DNA of 64,000 nt, taken from NCBI RefSeq assembly GCF_009914755.1, contig NC_060933.1; one strand, written 5' to 3'. Made by a program: the position numbers and the translations under genes. The notes under the pieces were generated by a model. That model was not told where the DNA came from, ran no database searches, and worked only from the letters and a program-made list of their open reading frames with translations. Of this stretch, positions 43,805 through 58,218 are shown piece after piece (the first letter of the stretch is position 1; every line of letters begins with the position of its first letter). Origin of the DNA: the human T2T-CHM13v2.0 reference genome, Homo sapiens.

Positions 43805-44420
43805 TCCATCCATTCATTCATTCATTCCATTAGTCTTTCTTGCATGTCTAGTATACATCAGGACTTTTTGTGGAGGAAAAAGCAGCAAAGCACAGAAACC
43901 TAATCCCAGCCCTTAGGCGGTGTGCAGAGAGTTGGTGAGGCCAGCAGTTACAATGCCACTTCGTGAGCATAAGGCTGGGGCCCATAGGAAGCAGAGGCTG
44001 CGTGGAGAGAAAGCTGAAGCATCCATGTGTGGACTGAGAGAAGAAGGGACATGAGGGAGGGAGACTATGCTGGGCAGAGAAAATGGCCTCTCCACAGGCC
44101 AAGGAGCAGAATGTGGCTGAGAATGGAGTATGAGTGGCCGGCCTGGGGAGGAAGAGGCTGTGCTAGGGGCATGTGGAGCTATTAATGTCTGTAATGGCCT
44201 GGTGACACGGTAAGGTTCTGTGTTAGAAAAATCCCTCTGCGCACACCATGGAGCATGGACTAGAGAGCGGCAGGTCTGGGGCAAGGCGGCCTAGTGGTAA
44301 GCAGGCTGCCAGAGGGGTCCCTGGCATCAGGTGAAACCTGGGCGAGGACAGAGGCCGGGCAATGTGGTGGAGAGATGGCAGCAGGAAGAGGTGCAGGAAG
44401 GGGAGAGGACAGAGCTGCAG
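43805..44420 (-). mobile_element. L2 fragment
   Basis: catccatccattcattcattcattcc tail followed by degraded L2 text. Confidence 0.6.
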
Positions 44421-44919
44421 AGCATGGGGAGAGTGCAGGCATGGGGTGAGAGGGGGAGGGAAGAAAGAGGGGAGTCATCATGAAGCTCAGGCTTCCTGTT
44501 TGGGGTGCCTCTACATTTTCTATCACTCTCAGTACCTCTTGAGGGGTTCTAGTCTCCACAAGGCCCTAAAGTCTCACCTGGGTTTCAGGTCTGGAATACC
44601 AGTAAAGCCCACACGGACTCCGAGAGTCTGCCTTGGTTTGTCTGTTTTGTGAGCAAGAGTGCCATCACCTGCACGACCCTCCTCCGAGGAGAGGCAGAAA
44701 GACCACAGTGCAGGTAAATTCAAATTTTGCCTATGTGGGAGGGAGAATCCTCTGCACAGCGGCTTTTGGCATGACTGCTCTTGGAATTAAAACTTGGGTT
44801 GCCTTAAGAAGGAACAGTATGGATTGTATTAAAATGTACTTTTTGGAAGGCAGGTGTGAGTGAAACAGCACCTACTGTATGATTGCCTTGATGTAGCACA
44901 CACAGGTCGAGTGAATCCT

Positions 44920-45100
44920 GCTGTTGAAAGTTTGAAGAGCAGTTCCCCTTGGGTTAGTGATGAGAAGGGGCCGTGAGGGGCTTCTGGGAGCTGTAAATGT
45001 CCTGTTTCCTCTGGTGCAGGTTTCACATGTGGGGTTAGTTTGTGAAAATTCAGTTATACTTTTCCATATATATATGTGCACACAAAACACTTCAATACAA
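44920..45100 (+). mobile_element. L1ME-like 3' terminus
   Basis: gaggggcttctgggagctgtaaatgtcctgtttc..tttgtgaaaattca..acttcaata. Confidence 0.6.
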
Positions 45101-45546
45101 TTTTTTTCCCACAAGACAACATTGGAAGTCTCTGTGGGAAGACTTGCGTTGCACAGGTGTGTGAGCAGGGGGAACCATCCTGACTGAGGAAGACGGCGTG
45201 ACCTGCGTTGGTCTGTGGACACAGCAGAGGCCTAGAGCCTGCTGTGCCAGGGGCTGTGCTGGAACAAGGCTCGGGTGGGGTGGCCTGCTCTGGAGCTGGG
45301 GGACTGAGCCCCCACCCTGCTTCTCTCCTCTGACCCTCCAGGGGCCTCCAGGCTGCAGAAGTCTTTGTTGACGCAGGATCCAGAGGTTACAGATTCAAGT
45401 CTCATAAAAAGAAGTTCAAACAGAGCCATTGCCCATTTCCAAAAAGGCAAAGGAAGTGGCCGTCTCTCTGAAGCAAAGCTTTCCTCCTCTTCCAACAATG
45501 CAACCCATAGAGCTTCTCAGGGAACACAGCAAGGAAAGGATTTCTA

Positions 45547-46173
<627 letters not shown>

Positions 46174-49100
46174 GGATGATGGAGCAGGATGAGGAACTGA
46201 AGCTTCTCTGGAGTGGAAGATAAGGTCTTTGGAGATAAATGCAAGGGCACCAAGAGACGGGTGGCAGTAGGAGTGCTGAGTTTATGTGAGACAATGGTGG
46301 GAGAAAAGGACTCTGAGGCAGGTTTCCTCATCCTGAGCGGGTGGGAAAGCCCAGGAAAGGATGGGCCTCTGCCCCCAGTAGGAGGTGAAGAGGGTGGTAG
46401 GGATGAATGGGATGGAAATCAAAGGTCCAATGGAATGGGAGTCAAAGGCTTCCTAGAGAGGCTGAAGCATAAATAAGCATCTGGAGGAGCAATGAAGCTT
46501 CTGCAAGGAGAACTCCAACTCCATCTCTGGATCCAGGGCTGTGGGCAAGGAACCTGAGCATCTACAGGTCCTGGAGGTAGGTATTGGGTAAGTGGGTCCT
46601 CAGGGAACAGCTGATGTGAGATAGGGAAGAGGAGAGAAAGTCCACAGAGGAGAGAAGTGCCTGCAGTATGGAGTAGTTTGCTCATGATGAGGGCAAGCAC
46701 ACATGGGGCTTTGGAGAAGGGAAAGAACTTTGCATTCCAAGTAAGGACGTTTCTTTTCTTGCCCGTGCTTTGCAGAGCTGTGACAAACACAGTTGTGAGG
46801 CAGATGGTTTTGCCCAAACCTTCTCCTTGATTTCGAGCCATGGCACATTTCTAGTGAGGCAGCACCAACAGAACCCAGGGGTTTGCTCTCTGACCAAGTT
46901 GTCCTCAAAACAAAAGAGTAGACTGAGCTGGCCTTAGCACATGCTGGTACAAAATGTTTCTGTTTTGCTAGCAACATGGGTCATTGGCCACCAATGCTTG
47001 TGCTTGTGCCAGCTTAAATGCACTTACAGTACTTGTTATTTTTGTTATTTTTTTATTGCCAGAATATCAAAAGACTTTGGTATTCACACAGCATTCGTGT
47101 TGGAGATTGAAGGTCACTTTCTGACTGCTGACAAGTGGCCAGGTATGAAGAAGCGTTTCCAAAAAGGGTGTTTTGGGAGGGGGAAATGTTTCTGGTCCTT
47201 TCCCTGTGAAACTTGGGATGAATGAATCACATTCCTATTCTCCCCCTTGAGTGGTCCAGGTCTGGCCGTAACCACGTACAGACAGGTGGGGCCCTGCTGT
47301 TAGACATAATTTGGTTGGTAATGGATATGCACAGCTCCTTCTTCAATCTCAGAACCTCAGATGACAGATTGAAATGCAGGTGTGCGGACTCAGAGAGAAG
47401 GTGATCCTTCTGCAGGCCTCTTTCTGGACAGTGTGTTCTCCTCCATGTAACTTGGCCCCAGGAAGAGGGACCAGGTGAAGGGTGCTCCAGGGCAGCCGGA
47501 CTCCCACCCAAAATGCTCGTTAGCCCTGCTGTGCTCTGCATTAGTGACTGTATCTTCCCAGCCTTGTCTGTCTCCCTGTCATCACTGGCTGTTTTAGCTC
47601 TAAATGCCTCTTGCTTTTTTGCTCCAACCCCTTATTGTAAGAAAGCCTTGATTCCTTGAGCATAAGAGGAATAAGACACATTTGAAGGGAGGGAAGGAGA
47701 GGGAGAGGGTGGGGGAAAGTGACGGCAATATGAGGTTGGCTGCTGATGCATGTTTCCGTGAGGTATGTTGGAAATATCTTTCTCCAAACTCCAGATTCAA
47801 GGTCATATCACCATGTCATCCGTGGTCAGGAGTTTAGAACCCACAACCTGAACCCTGACTTTGCCAGCTTGCATGTCATGGGGCCGTCCTCTGCTCAGCC
47901 CTCCCAGGGGCTCAGCCCACTCTGGGAATACCCCGGCCCCAGCTGCCCTTTTGGCCATGATGACCCTGGACAGCGAGCCCTTCTTTCTTGCATAGGGTGC
48001 CAGGCACACTTGTTGGAATCCAGGCGGAGGGTGACTGTTCCCTTCTCCATCTCTCGACATAAATATGGACTGTACCTGATCACACCTGGCAGGAAGGCGT
48101 GTGCTTTGAGGTTGGCAGCTGCCCAGTATGGCACAATATTTGTTGTAGGAGACAAGAGACCTGTTGGGTCCAGGTAAAATGTGCACTAACAGGGAGCCTG
48201 GTCAGACAATGGCCCCACTTTCAAAGTCTATTTCTAACTCAAAGGGAGAGTTACAGTCAATAGAAAAGCTTTCACAATGGCCCCTTGCTTTAATGTCGCT
48301 TCCTCTACAGTCCTTTGTGAAGTTGGTCAAGGATGCTGGAGGCTGGAGCTGCCTGCATTCTGGCTGTGCTTTGCTTTGTCAGCCCAAGCACTCGGAGAGG
48401 TTCTCCGACGAGCACCACTTGTTTGTATAAACTCTGTAGCTGGGAAATGGGGGACAGTTCAGAACTGGAGTGTCAAAGCCAAGAGGAATGGAGAGCCCAC
48501 TTCAGACACTAGTCGTGGTAGACATTGTGAAGCCAGGAAAGCGAAGTGTTGAGAACACTGCAGGCCATGCAGACTGCATCTTGCCTGCCTAAGATCACAT
48601 GGACTGGGCAGAACTTGGACTTGAGCCCAGCTCTTCTGAAACCCAGTTGTTGAATTTCCACCTTAGCTCCTATTTCTCTGGTGCTTCGTCGCTTCCCAAG
48701 TACATCCACCCAATCATCCCACCTAATCATCAAAGTCACAAAAACCAGCCCAGGATATGCACCCACATTCCTACCTTGGTTGGCAGTGTGTTCTACTCCA
48801 AGTCTGTTTCTTCCTATTCCTTGTCTTCAGAGTGACTGAGGGTGTTATAAAATGTCTCCATCTCATACTGGGAATGACAAAGAACATGGGACAGGTCCCT
48901 ACAATGTTTGGATGATTGATGTGTTCTGTTTCCTTAATTCTTGCTTCCTGGTGGCTCAATGCTATGGCACCACTAACCCTGTTGGATGCCGTAATGCCCG
49001 AAGCAATGTGTGTACTGGGAATACGAGTTTAAGAAACAGACATTCTCTCCATCCCTGGGCATCAGTATCTACACACAGTTTACTAGCCTCTGAATCAGCT

Positions 49101-49816
49101 TCTCATTTGAACTAGCAGAAAGGCATCCCCTGGATAAATCAACACTGTCAGTGAGCCAGGGAACAATTCTCAATTGACCTACTTTCACTCAGGGTGGAAC
49201 CCTTATTCCTAAACCTTGGGTTGAGGCTTGTGGATAAAGAAGAATGCACACATGAAACTAACTTTTTATCAGCCTAAAACTGAAACGAACTTGGGTTTTA
49301 TATTTGGAGGAAGTCAAATGCTCTGATGAAAAGAAGAAATGGAAATTGAGCATAATTTATCACAAAATAGGCAAAGACATAGAAGGATGCTTTCAGGCTT
49401 TTATGAAAGCAGCTGGGCTGGATTCAGAGGACAGAGGAGTATAACAGACAAGGGGATCAAGAACCTGCTCACTCCTGAGAAAGCACCCAGCAGCTCTTCT
49501 GTGTTCTTTGTTCATCTGTTGAAGAGGCTGCCCCCTCAGCCTAGTGCAAACAACTCAGGCCATGAGGGAAAGAAGGGGGTGGGCAACTCTGTCCATTCTG
49601 AGCTGACTTGCCTGCTGGGAGGAAGGCACACCATAAGAACTCACTGGGGCCCTTGAATGATCCAAATTTTGGATATTGATTGAGAATGCTTCAGAAGATT
49701 GCAGATCTTCCAGATCTTCCAGAACTGTGGGAGCTTTGCTGGAAACTGCAGGTTGAGGGAAAAGGTCTCTCTTTTGTTGATGAAAGGTTATTATTCTTAA
49801 GAATTAGTGAGGTTAG

Positions 49817-50123
<307 letters not shown>

Positions 50124-51958
50124 CTAGTAAGGTTAGTTGGTTAGTTAGGTCAATGTCACTGCCTTATATTTTCTCACTGGTTCTTCCTAAGGTCAAAGTG
50201 CCAAGGATCCCAAGTCTCTGAGACGGATCTTTATGTGAAGCAACTACAATCACAGAGCTTCTGGATTCCTCTCACTATTTGTTCTTACTACAGAGGGGCT
50301 GTCATGGAGCAGTTTTCTTCTTTTCAAGCACCTGAGTGAGCTTAAGAAGTGGGTGAAGGGTGTTTGGCAGCCAGGCTTTGCTCTTTCACAGCCCTCCATG
50401 GTAGACAGGTCAAGCGGACCTTGCTCCCACGATTTTTAAAATTGTGATCCTATGTCCCTCTTGAACCAGTTCTTAGCTAAATGGTTAGCATATTCCTGGT
50501 GCAAGGTGCATGTTCACTGAATGCTTGTTTTGCTGGTTAAAACAGACTTAACATCAAATCATTTTAGGACATTTAAAAGTACTGAATTATTTATCTGAAA
50601 GAAGAAGGAGCTTAATATTTGCATAAGAGAAGGACAAAAAATGGTCCAGAAGTATGTCAAAGAGCCGTGGCAGAATCATCACTCTTTTTTAAGGCACTAT
50701 CTGGTTTATGAATCTTCTGTGTCTGTTGGGGTGGAGGAGTTGGGCAGACACACAGGGCTTTTAGCTAAGAGTGACCTCTGCCTGGTCTCCTGATCAGGCC
50801 ATTCACTCTCCCAGGCTCTTGTATTTTGCTTTACCCTCCCTATTTGCACCTTCTACACACATGATTTTGGATTTTAAGATCTGATTTTCCACATACTTTG
50901 AATTTGTGTGGTTCAAAAGTTTATGACTTTTTGACAAAATTTGGAAATTGAATAGATAATCTTGCCTATCCTACCACTTTGTAAACTTATTAATTACCTT
51001 GATCTTCCATGTTAGGCATATTTAATGTATTTTTAATCACTTAGTAGAATTGTCTAATACAGAAAAATAAAAAGAAGAAAACAACAAGAGTGAGCTACTG
51101 CCCAGACAAGGCTTATTAATTACAAAAGAAAAATTGTGTTACACTGACTGTAAAAAAAATTGTGCTAACTTTCTTATTTTTGCTATGCTTTCTGAAATAG
51201 TTTAAATGCACCAAAATATTCTGTTACTTCAAACATTAAAAAAATTCACCTGTGACACTGGGTAATCTTGGTGATTTTGGGAAGGGGTAAATAATTCTTT
51301 AACACCATAAAAAGTACCTTTTCCTGGTGTTTTTCAGTGTCATTTTGAGGGGTTATTTTACCAGGTCCTTGGGCACCTCTGTGCAACTTTGTCTCTCTAA
51401 TGTCATGAGGTCAGCAAGAATATAACTCAGATTCTAAACTCTTGCTTCCAGACTTTGAAATTTCCCCAGGACAAAAATTAGCTTCAAGTGCTTGACTCAA
51501 TTTGCTAGATTCCAGAACTTTCCTGGATTTCAGTTGGCTAATTTCTCACCATCTACTTAGCTGTTTACTGCCTTTAAGCCTTTATAGAGAGATAGATATT
51601 GATAGAAATAAATATTTATGGATATAGATGTAGACATATGTATTTACATATAGATATGGATGGATGAGACATAGATTGGCATTTTCGGGTTGTTTCCAAC
51701 AGAAGCGTTGGTCTAAATTACCTGGTCTGCCATTACCCAAAAATGAGAGAGTAAATAAGAAGGTTAACAAGTTTTTTTTACAGTTAATATAACGTGATTT
51801 TCTTTTTTTACTTGTGTATATTATCTACTGTTGCTCTTAATTAATTTATTAACTCTGTAAATGGTGGCTTAAGCCTCAATTTGGTGCCTTATTTCCAAAT
51901 TCTCACTTCTTTTAAAAAGAAATCCCTTATGTGAAACTTCTATTAATAACTAAATTCA

Positions 51959-52106
51959 CATTCCCTTATTTTTTTTCACCCTGCAGTTCAGAACGCTCGA
52001 GGAAACTTCTTGTTTTCAGTTTGTGTTTTTTTTCATTCCTTTCTTTTTTTCACCCTGCAGTTCAGAACACTCGAGGAAACTTCTGTTTTCAGTTTGTGTT
52101 TTTTTC
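51959..52106. repeat. 74-bp tandem duplication
   Basis: caccctgcagttcagaac[g/a]ctcgaggaaacttct(t)gttttcagtttgtgttttttt at 51977 and 52051. Confidence 0.93.
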
Positions 52107-52900
52107 CAGATTAGATTGTTTTGTTCTTCACAGTTTTTTTGTCTTTCTTTGCCCTTTCTTACTTTCCTGTTTCCTTTCCTGCAGAAAGCTTAAATAAATG
52201 GTGTGTTGGAGCTGCTTCTCTCCACACTGGGGATGAAAATATTATTTTTCATGATGTTGTTGATTCACAAAGTAGAAAGTTGCCTTGGACTTCACAAACC
52301 AAACCTGGGCAGGTCTTTGGAAACCTCCGTTCTTTTTGCTCCGTTGTCCCCTTTCTCTCAGTCTCTGCCTCTTTCTTCCCTTTCTGAAGTCATTTGTTGT
52401 TCATAGCATTAGGTTAGGAGGTCGGGTTTCTTATATTCTTATCTCACAAGAGCAAATTACTGATGGGATATATTTTAGAATGTGGGGGAAGGGGTACTTG
52501 GACCACAAACTTTATTATGATACACTGGGCTTCTTCTGACACAGAAACTGCTGGGTCATGCTTCTAACATGCCAAAACAGAGTTTCTAACATTCGCCCCC
52601 AGGATCTGGAAAGCAGTCCTCATAAAATCAATGAGACTTGTCCTTTCCTTCTCTCTCCTCTCGGCCTAGTCAAGTCCTGTCCTGTTCAAAAAGTGCAGTC
52701 AAGACTTCCCCTGCAACCGTAAGCTTCGGGAATGTCTTAGATGCTACAGTTTCTCTGGTTCTCCTGTGTCCAGACCCTTTTGGCCCTTTGTTCTCAGAAT
52801 CAATCAAGTCTGCCCTCGGCTATGCCCGGCTCTGCTCATCTCTAGTTTCCTTCAACCAACTCCTTGGTGGTCTGCACCCAGTCCTACGCTTCTCTAACCC

Positions 52901-53453
52901 TATGACAGGCAGCCTCTGGCTTGGCCCAGTCATCCTCAACTCCGGATGCTCATACTCCTGGGGTTCCTTCCCCACGAGGGTGGGCAGGACCTATGACTTA
53001 GCGCTAATAGAATGTGGTAAAAGGAAAGAGATGTCACATCTGCTATTAGATTATAGAAAGACTGTGACTTTCCTCTGTCTCTCCCTCTCTGCACCTACCT
53101 CTCCCCTAAAGTCTTCACAGCTCACCTGCTCTACTGAATCACACTGCCATGTTATGAGTTGCCCATGTGGAAAGGGGCTGATGTCTTTTGCCAACAGCCG
53201 TGAGAACCCGAGCACCTGCCAGCAGCCACATGCGTGACCTCGGGAGCAGATCCTCCTGAGGAAAAGCCTCGAGATGACTGCAGCCTGGGCCCACACCTTG
53301 ACTGTGGCCCTGTGAGCGACCCAGGGTCAGAGACACCCAGCTAAGCCACACCCAGACTCCCGACCCACAGAAATCAGGATATAATAAGTGGTTGCTGCTT
53401 TAAATCGCTAAGTCCTGGAGGCATGTTCCACCCAGCAATAGGTAACTAATACA
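52901..53453 (+). mobile_element. MLT1F-type LTR (copy 1)
   Basis: gggtgggcaggacc..gatgtcac..gccatgtt.tgagttgccc..gagatgactgcagcc..cccagctaagccaca..tttaa..gctaagt..gcaataggtaactaataca. Confidence 0.8.
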
Positions 53454-53504
53454 ACCTCTTGTGGAATTTTTCCTCCATCTCCTCTGGGTAGCACGTTAGA
53501 ATTG

Positions 53505-53660
53505 TCCTGGGGCAGGAGATTGGTTAAAATACACACGTTTGACAATACCCTTAGAGGCGCCAGCTGATGAGTCTGGAGTGGTGTCTAAAAATCTGCCTTT
53601 TTAAGCAGCATCTGGGACTTCTGATGGTGGTTCAGCAGCAAGCACAGAGAAAGCCTATCT
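53505..53660. mobile_element. MER5-like MITE fragment
   Basis: gtctggagtggtgtctaaaaatctgcctttttaagcagc..ctgatg. Confidence 0.45.
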
Positions 53661-53789
53661 AGAATGGCTGGAACCACCGCACTCTGTTACAGTTCATTTT
53701 TGCCAAGTGGCTAGGGTAGAGAAAAGCTTCATTTATGGTCATTCAATATTTATAAAGTAATTACTAAGCAAAAGTACCATGCCACTCAT

Positions 53790-54660
<871 letters not shown>

Positions 54661-55499
54661 AATTGCAGATTAAAAGGCACATGCTTTGCTCTCAGTTTCA
54701 TGACTAAAATCATGGACAGAAATCATTACAACTGGTCCTGGAAGAGAAAGGGCTTAGCATCTGAGCTGAGGGTTGGAGGAAGAGTGCAGTTTGCCATGAT
54801 CCTGGGTCTTGGGAGGCAGTCCAGGTGCAGCAACCATCCCTAAGAGCTACAGCAATTCAGCTGTAGTATAGGGTTCAAATAGTGGGTAAGGGGCTGATAA
54901 AAGTGGGGAGGCCTGTCATGGACGAGGAGCTATTATTGCATGGGGAACCTACTGTGCCAGGCTAAAAAATGGTGATTTTGTCTTGGCCCCAGTCGGTGAG
55001 TGCTGGAGATTTTGGAACATGCTTATCTGGGTGGTGTAAACACCCATTTCTTGGTGGAAGAAAAGCAATAACTCTTTGCCAATCAACTGAGTGGAAAAAG
55101 GACCACATTGCAAGCCAAGCAGTTTCTATTTAAGTCCTTGTGCTCCCTGTGACTCACCCTATAATTTTGAAGAGATTACTTAAGGCCCATGCCCTCCTTG
55201 TAAACACCTGTCACTCTTCTGGTTTGCAGAGATGCTAGGAGGCTAATGAGATCACACATATGGAATGTATGGGAGCTTCTAAAAGAAATAAACCAGATAC
55301 ATTCACCGTCGTATTATCATCACCCCAGCCATGTGGAAGTGTGGAAGGCAGCTTTCTAGCAGACCTAGGGGTTCTGGGCAGGGCAGAAGCCAGAAACTCA
55401 GAAATAAAGGAAAAATAAAGAAAGGTATTTGGCCCCAGAGAAAGCAGGGAGATCCAGAAAGGACTGGAGAGTGAAAGATAGCATGACACAGGATGCGCT

Positions 55500-55915
55500 T
55501 GGCTGTGAAGGAGACCCCTACACCTTGCTTGGAGTGAATGACGGGGAAAGCTACGCTGATGCTCACAGTCCTGGGGTTCCCTCCCCATGGGGGTGGGCAG
55601 GACTTATGGCTTAACTCTAACATAGAATACGGAAAAGGGGAAGAGAGGTCACATCTGAGAGTAGGTGATTGAAAGACTGTGACTTCCCTCTGTCTGTCCC
55701 TCTTTGCACCCACCTCTCCCATCAAGTCTTCACAGCTCACCTGCTCTACTGAATCACACTGCCATGTTGTGAGTTGCCCATGTGGAAAGGGGCTGATGTC
55801 TTTTGCTAACAGCCATAAGTACCTGAGCACCTGCCAGCAGCCACATGCGTGAACCTCAGGAGTGGATCTTCCCCAAGGCAAGTCTCGAGATGACTGCAGC
55901 CCGGGCCGACACAGA
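55500..55915 (+). mobile_element. MLT1F-type LTR (copy 2, 3'-truncated)
   Basis: colinear with 52945-53295. Confidence 0.8.
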
Positions 55916-57924
55916 AATTCAGAAATCCAGAAAAGTGAGAGATGCTGTGAGAGAAAGATGAGGGAGGAAAGAAGGAATGGGCCAGACTCTGAGGCACAAG
56001 GCTGGAGTGTGGGAGCTGAGGAAGCGCAGCGGGGCTGGCTGTGGATAGATGGAAGTTGAAGAGGAGGGTCTTGAATGACGGCGTGCGAACCAGCCTCCCC
56101 CAAGCTCAGCAACTGGACTTTTTTGTGCAGTGTCCTACAGATTAGGAGGAGGGTTATGTCTCTTTAACAATGTGTGTGCTGCAGCAGCTTTAGAGCAATA
56201 GAGCGAAAAAAGCCCAGATGTTCTAGGAGGAGCCCGTGGTGATGATAGATTTCAGTGGGCATGTGTGAGAAGGGATCCAGGGGTATGACAGGAGCAGTTA
56301 GAACAGGCCAGGTGAGAATAATGGGCCACTGAGTAAGACAGTGGCTGTCTGGAGAGCCCTGAAGTTGTTCCTACTATACGTGGTTTCCACCACCTGCTAG
56401 ACTTAAAATAGCATTTCCATGTGTCTGCACCCTGAAGACCTCCTGAGTCAGGTTACCTACCCTCCTTTGCAAAGCAAACACCCCCTAAGGAATCCCAGCA
56501 TTGTCTTGTGTACCCCTGCACCAACTCTAATGCACTGGACGTGGATTGAGAAAAAGAAAAGGAACACAGACTCCTTGGGTGGGACCTGCCTTTGGGGCTG
56601 TGCCTCTGAGCATTCATCCTAGCTGGAAATCCTTTGCGCCTGTGGTGGTTGTGAGAGCACAACTCACAGGGGCTCCTGCTGTATCCTCCCACCTGCAGTC
56701 AGGGCTCCAGAGGATGCCTTTGATCTTGGGGACATGATTCTTTGATCATGTCCCCCTCCCTGCCCCACCTTTGGGGGGACCTTGCACCTCTTTCCCTCCC
56801 CAGACATTGGAGTTATTACTTATTGCTGCTACTTTTTTTCAGGAGGAATAACATGTATGACTTTCTTTATTGATTAGCTTTCAAGGGCATTTGCTAGAGA
56901 AAACAGGCTATGGGGAGAAGCAGAGGTTCCAATAGCCCACATGGTGACTGGGTTTCCTTATAGCATCTGGTACCCTTGACTGTGTTTTCTGCTGGCTTGG
57001 GTTGGTCAGGTCTGCTCTCTGGGTCTCGTCTTCCTCTGGAGTGTTTCAGATGATCTATTAGGTGTGTGAAATTCACAGACTCAGCCAAGGGCTGTAAACA
57101 TTTTTATTTTATGACTCCTTACCTTTATTTAATATTTGGCTTGTAACACAAACCGATATTCATGTGCTACAACTCTTTTTGTCACCCGGGGGTCTGTTTT
57201 CCAAGCATCTAAAGGTTGAAGTATTGTAAATGTATTTTATTTATGACATTGAAAAAATCCTTGTAGGACAAAATGTTTTTTTCTATGATTTCAGCTCCTC
57301 CTTCTGAATAAATCAAGTATGTTTAGAAAGAAATAACATTAAAGCATAGGCATTTAATCAAATCAGGCAAGTCACTCAAAGCTTACCGAGTGTTGGGGTA
57401 AGTAACCTCTTTAGTGAGCTCTGTTCGGAAAAGGCTATGTTTGGGCTGCTTTTCTGGTTCCTGAATAGAAGACCCATTGAGACTATTGCAAGTCCATGTG
57501 TCATCCCTCTCAAGTCTATGCACCCACCTTAGGTTCTTACATCCATGCATAGCCAACTACAGGCTGTTCCTTTGTGCCAGGTCCCAGGCCCATGCCAGGA
57601 GTGGGAATACAGAGGGCTCACACTCCAGACAGCAGAGAGAAGCCACTATTCTACCATGAAGCTGCAGAGGACTATGGAGGCAGCAAAGGGAGAAGTGCTA
57701 CCTCATCCTAGGCAGGCTGGAGAGCGCCTCCCAAGAATGACATCACAGGGGAGGGGAGGAGGAAGGGCATGCACAGAGGTGCAGAGGCAGGGAGCAGGGA
57801 ACCCTCTGCAAAGCCCAGGGGGGTGGAGGGAGAGGAAGGGCCCAGCTGAGGCATGGGAGCCAGGCATGCCAGGCATTGCTACCCTGGGACTTTGGATTTT
57901 ATCCTTCAGACCAGGCACTTTTTA

Positions 57925-58218
<294 letters not shown>

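Noticed and set aside
55303-56112. Longest ORF (269 aa, minus strand) and the related ORFs at 52638-53296
   Set aside because: They run through MLT1F LTR sequence, resemble no protein family I know and mostly start at non-ATG codons. The shared peptide only reflects the duplicated LTR.
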